Part shown: piece by piece, positions 57,328-64,000 of the stretch
Layout: each line of letters opens with the position of its first letter
Numbering within the stretch: position 1 is the first letter of the stretch
NCBI GenBank assembly: GCA_039803205.1
Contig: JBDRYB010000003.1
Span: forward strand, 32,001 to 96,000
Length of the DNA: 64,000 nucleotides
Direction of reading: 5' to 3'
DNA from: a candidate division WOR-3 bacterium
Lineage (GTDB): Bacteria > Hydrothermota > Hydrothermia > JBDRYB01
The notes under the pieces: generated by a model
What the model was told of the DNA's origin: nothing
The model's database searches: none
Seen by the model: only the letters and a program-made list of their open reading frames with translations
Position numbers and translations under genes: made by a program

Positions 57328-58345
57328 CCCATGCCCCAACCATCCTCATCCTAAAGGTTGGCAAGGGAAGGGCCAGGGCCCTGTTCATAGTGTATCCCGT
57401 TGACCATATCCTCTTGTAATCCTCATCCCCTCGCATGAAGTTGAACTCCGCAAGTCCAGCATCAGCGCACCACCTGATTGCGTGCGCCAGATGGACCTTT
57501 CCGGGGGACAGCTCAAAGAGCCCGGGATCGTATGATGTGTTCCAATCCCAGAATATCCCGTCCCGAAGAAAACCGAGCCTGTATGAGATCAGAGAGCTGT
57601 CCGCCCTCATGGTAAAGATGAGCAGTCTTCCTTTGGCCTGGCTCTCTCGTATCATCCTTAAGGTAAAATCAGCCCTCTTTCCGATAAATGGGCTTCTCCT
57701 CTCCCTTCTCTTGGCGTTCAGGTTTACCATTTCCGATATAAGGGCCTCATCAGCCTCCTTAAGGACATCGTATCTTACCTCAAAATTCTCCCTGAGCTTT
57801 CGCTCCTTCTTGTGGATGTCCCTCCTCGCGTTCCTCCCGGCACCGCGCCAGAGCGCTTCGTATCCAACCCTGAGATCGGCGAAATAAACCCTAACCCAAT
57901 CCTGGAGTTTAACCCCAAAGGCATCTGAGAGAGGCGACGCGAACGCGGAAGATCCCGGGAACTGCTCAAGCCTTATCTCGTCCACTTTGGGAACCCCCTT
58001 AAGGGCCTCAGCGAAGGCGCGCGCGACATCCCCCGGTTTTACATCAGGGCAAGCCAAGATATCTGAGAAGTCCGTGGGCCCCTGGGAGAGGAATGTTAGG
58101 ATGCGCTTTTTGATCAATCCTCGCAAGGCCAAAGAGGCCTCCCTCCTCTCAAAGAAACCGCAGGCTAGGATGTCATTCCCCTCCCTGAGAACTATAGCAA
58201 AAGGCCTTTGGGCCAGGGTTTCAAGCCAGGGTAGGAGCCACCAGGATTCCATCTGTATCCCACATGGGTGCGCCCGTGCCAAACGCTCAGCCATCCGGAT
58301 GAGCTCGGCTATTTCATCGGGATTCTCAACCCTCTCCTTCCTCAA
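57296..58345 (-). CDS. GNAT acetyltransferase, CelD/BcsL-like
   Basis: TDFSDIL, SYDP....LSPG, FNFMRGDEDYK..W. Confidence 0.85.
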   Translation of the reverse strand: MRKERVENPDEIAELIRMAERLARAHPCGIQMESWWLLPWLETLAQRPFAIVLREGNDILACGFFERREASLALRGLIKKRILTFLSQGPTDFSDILACPDVKPGDVARAFAEALKGVPKVDEIRLEQFPGSSAFASPLSDAFGVKLQDWVRVYFADLRVGYEALWRGAGRNARRDIHKKERKLRENFEVRYDVLKEADEALISEMVNLNAKRRERRSPFIGKRADFTLRMIRESQAKGRLLIFTMRADSSLISYRLGFLRDGIFWDWNTSYDPGLFELSPGKVHLAHAIRWCADAGLAEFNFMRGDEDYKRIWSTGYTMNRALALPLPTFRMRMVGAWARKPPRMPQA

Positions 58346-60224
58346 GTTTCCTCCTCCATGTGAATGTGATGCCGAATATCTTTATGCCCGCGACCCTGGC
58401 CACGGGCCTGAATCCAGCGTTTCTGAAGGCCTTCATTGATGCCTCATTGCCTTCAAGCACGATTGCCTCGGCAACCGTGAGTCCTGCTTTCCTTGCGTCC
58501 TGCCAGATCGTTTCCAGGACACCCGTGTATATGCCAAGGCCCCTGAACTCAGGGAGAGTCAAAGAATCAAATACATAAGCAACACCAGGACTCGCTTTGT
58601 AGCCTGTTCTCGGTTCACGCTCGCCACCAGTGGCTACCCAGGTTATGTGTGCTGGTTCGCCATTCCAAAAGCCAACATAGCAGGCAACACCCCTATTGTG
58701 TCTCTCCTCGTAGACCCCTTCTCTGTCCTTTCTAAAGACTCGGATCAGCTCTGGATCCGAGACCTTCTCAACCACGAGCCCGCCTGGGATCAGGAACGCC
58801 TCGCCGCTGTTCAAAGACCTTCTGACCAGAAAACCTTTGGTTATTCCAAAGAGACTCTTCCTGTAAAGATAAACACCCACAGTAGAAAAACCAATAGCGA
58901 GAACCACCCTCCACCAGACCCTCTGAGACATCAGCGAGGCGGCCGCAATTATCCCTGCCCAAACGGCTATGGCAACCAGCTTCTTCCACTCGTATTTTAC
59001 CGGGAATTTTCTCTGTGAGGCTACCAGAGTGAATACGGAAATGAAGAGAAACGATATGAGGGTTGCCCATGCCGCGCCCATCATTCCGAAGAGGGGAATG
59101 AGAAGGAGGTTGAGAGCCATGTTGAGGAGGGCTCCGATGATGAAAGCGACCGATATGGGCCACGGTTTCTTTATTATGTGCAATCCGGCGCCGGTTATCC
59201 AGCCCGAACCAAGGACGACATAGGATAATGCAACGAGGCCAACCACATCCAGAGCGCCCCAGTATTGCTTCGTGGCCATCGCCTTCAGTATGGCGGGCGC
59301 GAGGAGAAAAAGCCCAAGGGTGACCCACAGCCCGAAGAAGGAGTAAAGGGTTGCTATTCGGGATATTGAGCTCTTTGCCCTTTCGTGATCCCCCGCCTCC
59401 GCGTAAATTAGGGGTGGCCAAGCGAGCCTGAAAGGCTTCACGAGGCCTATTTCCGAAAGCTGGCCTATTCTGTATCCGACCGAGTAAAGACCGACCTGCG
59501 TCATATCAGAGAGCGCCTGAAGGAAATACCTGTCAGACATGTTAAGAACCCAGGCCGCTAGGTTTCCGGGTTCAAGCGCTATCCCGAACTTGGTTATCTC
59601 TTTTAGCTTTCTCCAGGAGAAAGAGGGCTTTCTGTTCCAAAGGCCAACTGGGGCCAAGAGGGCGAGTATGGCGATGTTGGAGATTATTCCTGCCTCAAGT
59701 ATTCCCGCGACCCCCCTGAGGAAACCAACCACAAAGAGAATGTTCAGGCCCAGCCTGAGCGCAAAACCCCCGAGGTTCGCGATCGTGTAGAGCAGGGGCC
59801 TTTCCTGTGCCCTCATGAGGTTCTGAAGCACTACAACCCAGGAGCCCGTCGCGAAGCCGAGCGCTGTTAGGCTAACAAGGTAAGGGCCGCCGGAAACAGG
59901 GGCCAAAAAGCGCGAAAGGGGTCCCGCGAGGGCCATCATGAGGGTCGCGCCCGAGGAGCTCAGGACAACGACGGCACCAAGAGAGGAGTATATGACCTCG
60001 TTTCTCTCCCTTTCCTCAGGGTAAAACCTGAGCATTCCGGAGGGTATGCCGAGGCAGAAGGCTATGGTAAGAAGGCCTGATGTGACCGATAGAACCGATA
60101 GGACGCCGTAATCAGCAGGGGTAAGGAACCTGGTATATACGGGCAGAAGCACAAAACCAACCAGAGGCGAGAGCAGTGTGCCCAGGCCGTATATGAGGGT
60201 ATCCACGAGGAGGCGTCGGATCAC
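58326..60224 (-). CDS. Wzx-type polysaccharide flippase fused to a C-terminal GNAT domain
   Basis: LLPVYTRFLTPADYG, SDRYFL, VGLYSVG, FGMMGAAWAT; C-terminal TLPEFRGLGIY...NEASMKAFRNAGF. Confidence 0.85.
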   Translation of the reverse strand: MIRRLLVDTLIYGLGTLLSPLVGFVLLPVYTRFLTPADYGVLSVLSVTSGLLTIAFCLGIPSGMLRFYPEERERNEVIYSSLGAVVVLSSSGATLMMALAGPLSRFLAPVSGGPYLVSLTALGFATGSWVVVLQNLMRAQERPLLYTIANLGGFALRLGLNILFVVGFLRGVAGILEAGIISNIAILALLAPVGLWNRKPSFSWRKLKEITKFGIALEPGNLAAWVLNMSDRYFLQALSDMTQVGLYSVGYRIGQLSEIGLVKPFRLAWPPLIYAEAGDHERAKSSISRIATLYSFFGLWVTLGLFLLAPAILKAMATKQYWGALDVVGLVALSYVVLGSGWITGAGLHIIKKPWPISVAFIIGALLNMALNLLLIPLFGMMGAAWATLISFLFISVFTLVASQRKFPVKYEWKKLVAIAVWAGIIAAASLMSQRVWWRVVLAIGFSTVGVYLYRKSLFGITKGFLVRRSLNSGEAFLIPGGLVVEKVSDPELIRVFRKDREGVYEERHNRGVACYVGFWNGEPAHITWVATGGEREPRTGYKASPGVAYVFDSLTLPEFRGLGIYTGVLETIWQDARKAGLTVAEAIVLEGNEASMKAFRNAGFRPVARVAGIKIFGITFTWRRKLEEGEG

Positions 60225-60330
60225 TTAGTTTTATAATTTTAACACGAGACTTCGACCGAAAGCATTCATGTTGCGGGGAACTGCTCAAACTGAATTATAA
60301 TTTAAAGCCTGGTTCTAAGGGAGCAAAACC

Positions 60331-61455
60331 ATGAGAAGGTTATTTGTGCTGTTCTTGTTCTTCTCAGCCTGCGCCCCTAGGCAAGCCGGAAGGGAATCGG
60401 GTTCTGGCCCCCTGAGCGTCATGCCGGAGGATGTCCTCCTTCCCAATCCGGACAGCGTCCTCCGTGAGGCTCAGGACGCCTATAACCGAAAGGACTACCC
60501 GAGAGCGGCCTCAGCCTATCTTGACTATGTTAGCCGCAACAATCAGAACGCTATTGCCCTGTATAATCTCGCGTGCTGTTTCGGGCTTATGGGGGATTCC
60601 ATCAGGGCATCCGCCTTTCTAAGAGCCGCTTGGGACGCTGGATACAGGGACACCCTGCACATTCTGAGAGATCTGGATTTTGAACCGGTCAGGGGATCGC
60701 TGGCTTTCAAGAGCACGATGGATGGGATCATGGCCGAGGCCACCAGGGGAACCGAGGGGAAAAACAAGGTCTACCTCTCCGTTGGAACCCTGCTCCCCTG
60801 CTATGTTGTGGTGCCGGAGGATTACGATGCGCAGGAGCGCTACCCCTTGGTTATTGGCCTCCACGGCTACGGGTCGGACCCAAAGCAGTTCTCAGACCTG
60901 TTCCGGAGACCATACAAAACGGACACAACGAAAAAGTCAATGAAGATCAGCTTCATCTACGCGGTCCCATGCGCGCCCTATCCGGTGAGCCTTGGCGGGA
61001 AGCCCGGCTATTCCTGGACCCCTCCGGAGGGCGAAATAGGCAAAAGGGCTATATGGATGGACGCGGACTACATAACCTCCTTGCCTCGTGAGCTCCTCAA
61101 GTCCTACAACATTGATACCACCCGGGTCTATCTCCTTGGTTTCTCCCAGGGAGCGAGCATGGCATACACAATAGGGCTCAACAACTACAAGCGCTTTAAG
61201 GGGATAATCGCGTTCGCGGGATGGTTTGATACCACAATGGTGTCCCTTGAGTCCATAAGAAAGGCAAAGGCAGAGGGCATGAAGGTATTCATAGCCCACG
61301 GGAAATACGACCAATCGGTGCCGGTGACCGCGAGCATGGGGGCATACAAGTTTCTGAAGGAGATCTATCTTGATGTCTGGATATCGCAGTTTGAGGGCGG
61401 GCACGAGGTTCCGATGGAGACCCTTGAGTTCGCCATAAAGTGGATGGGGTTATGA
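60331..61455 (+). CDS. Lipoprotein with TPR domain and alpha/beta-hydrolase (esterase) domain
   Basis: FSAC lipobox, YNLACC TPR, LHGYG, GFSQG nucleophile elbow, HGKYD, GGHE. Confidence 0.85.
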   Translation: MRRLFVLFLFFSACAPRQAGRESGSGPLSVMPEDVLLPNPDSVLREAQDAYNRKDYPRAASAYLDYVSRNNQNAIALYNLACCFGLMGDSIRASAFLRAAWDAGYRDTLHILRDLDFEPVRGSLAFKSTMDGIMAEATRGTEGKNKVYLSVGTLLPCYVVVPEDYDAQERYPLVIGLHGYGSDPKQFSDLFRRPYKTDTTKKSMKISFIYAVPCAPYPVSLGGKPGYSWTPPEGEIGKRAIWMDADYITSLPRELLKSYNIDTTRVYLLGFSQGASMAYTIGLNNYKRFKGIIAFAGWFDTTMVSLESIRKAKAEGMKVFIAHGKYDQSVPVTASMGAYKFLKEIYLDVWISQFEGGHEVPMETLEFAIKWMGL

Positions 61456-61863
61456 GAGATGTTCTTGCTCACCCCTGCCAGATGCCCCCTTCATTCCCTC
61501 AAAAGCCATTACGAGGAGCCCAGCGCCCCTCATCACATCCGAAGCCGACATCCGTGCGAGCTTCTCCCGGAGCCTCTCAATCCTCCTCCTTGCCCTCCGG
61601 TAATCCGAGCACCTTTTATCCGTTGAGACATCAAGGATGGCCAGGATGTGGACGAGTCGCTCAACCGATGGCTCATCCTCCATAAGGGGAGCGAATGCCT
61701 CCTCAACCGAGCCAAATACCGCCTGTAGCCAGATTAGGGTGAGGGCGGTTGCTGGGCGAACCCTTGCGGGGCCAACCCGACCGAGCTCGCCCCTGAGAAA
61801 ACCCAGGGCCAGGGCCTTCCCCCTTTCTGCCTGAACCTTTGCCTTCTTTATCAGCTCTTTCAT
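61450..61863 (-). CDS. Hypothetical phage-operon protein (tail assembly chaperone position)
   Basis: ATGA-coupled to the upstream gene; helical, 137 aa; assigned by gene order only. Confidence 0.4.
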   Translation of the reverse strand: MKELIKKAKVQAERGKALALGFLRGELGRVGPARVRPATALTLIWLQAVFGSVEEAFAPLMEDEPSVERLVHILAILDVSTDKRCSDYRRARRRIERLREKLARMSASDVMRGAGLLVMAFEGMKGASGRGEQEHLS

Positions 61864-62567
61864 TCTGAGACTATCCTCTCGCGTGTTATGAACCCATCCT
61901 CGTCAGAGAGAAGGATAAAACTGAGCTTCATTAGGGTTTCCCTCCCTGAGAGGAATTCCTCTGACCAAGAGGAGAGGACAGCCCTCCTCGCCTCTATTAC
62001 CCTGAATGCCTGGCCCTCGGAAGACGAACGCCCCAAGGCAGGGAAAACGAGGATGAGGGCAAAATCTCTGCAAAGATAATAACGATCCTCATCCTCCCCG
62101 TATGCGTATGAAACCAAAACCTCCTGTCCGGCGTCCTCCTCCGCAAAATAAAGAGCCCTCTCACCGGGGTCATATGAAAAGAAACCAGCCGAAGGGCGTT
62201 CTGCCATATCAAAAACATCCCCTGAGGGAGTCTCCACGATCAGGCTCTCCGGAGCCGGCTCATCCGGAAGCCTCAGCTTGAAAGGGGACTCATCGGGAAC
62301 CGTGAGCCTCAGGTCCCTCTTGAATGCCCTGGCCCCTCCGGCTCCGGTGATCGGGTTTGGGTCAAAGATCACCCTAGCAACGCACGAGACGGTTCCGCTA
62401 CCAGGGCCAGGCACAGCCGCGACGGGGAACTCATCCCTTTCGGAGTAAATGGGCCTCATAGAGTAATCAAGAAGGATGCTGACCTCCTCTAGATCAGCTA
62501 TCTTCAGAGCTTGTCTCCCGCGGAGAAGGAGTTCCCCAACGCCTCCACTGTAATACCTTCTCTTCAC
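61860..62567 (-). CDS. Putative phage tail tube protein
   Basis: Beta-rich, N-terminal YSGGVGEL...IADLEEVSI.LDYS...FPVA pattern; follows the neck genes. Confidence 0.45.
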   Translation of the reverse strand: MKRRYYSGGVGELLLRGRQALKIADLEEVSILLDYSMRPIYSERDEFPVAAVPGPGSGTVSCVARVIFDPNPITGAGGARAFKRDLRLTVPDESPFKLRLPDEPAPESLIVETPSGDVFDMAERPSAGFFSYDPGERALYFAEEDAGQEVLVSYAYGEDEDRYYLCRDFALILVFPALGRSSSEGQAFRVIEARRAVLSSWSEEFLSGRETLMKLSFILLSDEDGFITRERIVSE

Positions 62568-62576
62568 GATACCCCC

Positions 62577-62921
62577 TTAGAAAAAGCACCTCGCTGTGAG
62601 CCTCACCACAGCCCTTTCTCCCTCCCCCAAGGAAGTAGCGGAACACTCCGATAGCCGCATCCCTAGCCCAGCTGAGAGCGCCTGTCTTGCGTTCTCTGCA
62701 ACGGCCATTGCATCAGAAAGGCAGGAATCTACAGCGATCAGCTCAAACCTGAGGAGGCCGTGCTCGTGGTCCGCTGAGCAAAGGAAGACCCTCTCCCACC
62801 TGGCCGTGTAATAGAGGCCTGGTTCTCTCGGCTCGCTCATGCTGGAATCCAGCGGTATTGCGGGACACCCTTGATTCTCAAGGATCTCAAGCACCTCTTG
62901 GATGTAGTCAACCAGCCTCAC
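62577..62921 (-). CDS. Putative tail terminator / tail completion protein
   Basis: 114 aa alpha/beta pattern (RFELIAV...DAMAVAENARQAL) and position in the head-tail operon. Confidence 0.45.
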   Translation of the reverse strand: MRLVDYIQEVLEILENQGCPAIPLDSSMSEPREPGLYYTARWERVFLCSADHEHGLLRFELIAVDSCLSDAMAVAENARQALSAGLGMRLSECSATSLGEGERAVVRLTARCFF

Positions 62922-63253
62922 CTTATCTCAAACCTCCCATTGTATTCCTCAAGCAGAAGCTCCCAGTGATCCGTCCCGAATCCGGAAAACCGCCTCACCT
63001 CTTTTACCGCAAAAGCCCTCCCCGCGCGTTCAACCCAGCGTGGTTCCTCGCTTAGGGGAGGGGTGATAGCGATGGCGCGCTCTCTCGTTTCACGGCCGTA
63101 GGGGTCATCCTCTGCCCTAAAGGAGGCCCTTCCCCAACCGCATTGAACCCTGTTCCCTCTCGTGAAGATAGCGAGTTCAGAGCCGAGGGCATCCCTTTCG
63201 CCTACTAGATGAAGGATGTAAATGCTGTCCCTCATGAGAAATCCAAAGGCCAT
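62918..63253 (-). CDS. Putative head-closure / head-tail adaptor protein
   Basis: ERDALG, GRAFAVKEV, HWELLL patterns typical of SPP1 gp16-like proteins; TGATG coupling at 63253. Confidence 0.55.
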   Translation of the reverse strand: MAFGFLMRDSIYILHLVGERDALGSELAIFTRGNRVQCGWGRASFRAEDDPYGRETRERAIAITPPLSEEPRWVERAGRAFAVKEVRRFSGFGTDHWELLLEEYNGRFEIR

Positions 63254-63774
63254 CAGAGAAACCTCCTCCTGTGCGCGTATCTTATGAGGACCCACCGGAC
63301 ATCATCCGAGAGAAGAGGGTTTTCCCGGAAATCTATGCCAGTCTCTCCGGATCTGAATCCGGAGATGTCCGGCCTCGGCCCCGCTAGGATCCTCGCGGCA
63401 ACTCGGGCCACTGTTCTGGCAACATCATCCGGGACAGGATCCTTCGGATCGTTGTAGTAATACACCACATCAACAGGCCTTCCGGTCTCAACCCTCATCT
63501 CGCCTATGCGTTGATTGAGCCACTCCCAGGCAACATCATTGCCCTTGTCATCCTTGACCGAGACTACGCTGTGAACAGGCCAGTGGCTGAGAAGCACCCA
63601 GAACCTGATGGGATTGTGCCTCTCGGAAGCCGGTTCAGCCCTGAAATGCCTGCCCGTGAAGGCATCAATGATGTCGGAGGCCTGGCATATAGCGAGGCTT
63701 ATCTCCTCATCGGTCCTATCCTGCTCCCCCAAGAGTCCCAACTCGGCCCTCACATCGCTTATTTCGCAATACAT
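63253..63774 (-). CDS. Phage head-tail connector (gp6/gp15-like)
   Basis: YCEISDVRAELG, AI.QASDIIDAFTGRHF, WPVHSVVSV, VPDDV, WVLIRY. Confidence 0.75.
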   Translation of the reverse strand: MYCEISDVRAELGLLGEQDRTDEEISLAICQASDIIDAFTGRHFRAEPASERHNPIRFWVLLSHWPVHSVVSVKDDKGNDVAWEWLNQRIGEMRVETGRPVDVVYYYNDPKDPVPDDVARTVARVAARILAGPRPDISGFRSGETGIDFRENPLLSDDVRWVLIRYAHRRRFL

Positions 63775-63792
63775 GGCTTTTTCCCTTTAATT

Positions 63793-63813
63793 AAAAGGGG
63801 CCTTTCGGCCCCT
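63793..63813 (-). terminator. Intrinsic terminator after the capsid gene
   Basis: Minus strand AGGGGCC-GAAA-GGCCCCT followed by a T run. Confidence 0.8.
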
Positions 63814-63817
63814 CATC

Positions 63818-64000
63818 TCACTGGCCAAGGTTCTCTGCCTTGACAAAGGGGGTTATCCCTCCATCCGTGTCCCAGGCCAGCTTGCCATCTATCCGCTCCG
63901 TTATCGTTATCAGAACCTCATCCTTGAGAGCGAGGTCCTCGTCCTCCGTTATGACCCTGAGCTCAAGCCCGTTCCGTTCAAAGATGTGGTAGAACCTCAT
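63818..64000 (-). CDS. C-terminus of a probable HK97-fold major capsid protein (runs off window)
   Basis: KDEVLITITERIDGKLAW....ITPFVK resembles HK97-family capsid C-termini; followed by a terminator and the head-tail connector. Confidence 0.6.
   Translation of the reverse strand: MRFYHIFERNGLELRVITEDEDLALKDEVLITITERIDGKLAWDTDGGITPFVKAENLGQ

Noticed and set aside
8941..64000. One contiguous intact prophage
   Set aside because: The intervening sequence is mostly host housekeeping and secretome genes (mfd, mazG, efp, accB, fba), with no replication, lysis or intact integrase genes.

Overview
A 64 kb bacterial chromosomal window. The many secreted proteins with T9SS-type C-terminal domains and an Omp28/TlpA/DUF6029 cluster suggest an FCB-related lineage such as WOR-3 (inference). 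Housekeeping genes include a DAHP synthase, holB, tadA, trmFO, mfd, mazG, efp, accB, an rfaE2-like gene and fba. Two systems stand out. (1) Phage-type genes are split into three islands among host genes: an orphan HK97-type portal (8.9-10.0 kb); a CI-like repressor with a divergent operator/promoter, a split sigma-like gene pair and a possible small terminase (54.7-56.2 kb); and a capsid/head-tail/tail-tube operon that ends without a tape measure (61.4-64 kb). This looks like a dispersed, domesticated gene-transfer-agent-like system. (2) A 14 kb locus (24.2-38.5 kb) of secreted beta-propeller genes forms a mirror-image duplication. It has twin promoters with SARP-type heptamer repeats, one intact and one decayed TPR-SARP regulator, and cargo genes chained by a conserved 102-nt linker. 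The linker is both a doubly ATGA-coupled 33-aa ORF and a covarying hairpin with an anti-Shine-Dalgarno loop. Also seen: a tRNA-Lys 3' fragment next to a more AT-rich island, many apparently leaderless genes, and very short signal peptides. All family calls come from motif recognition by eye; no searches were run.
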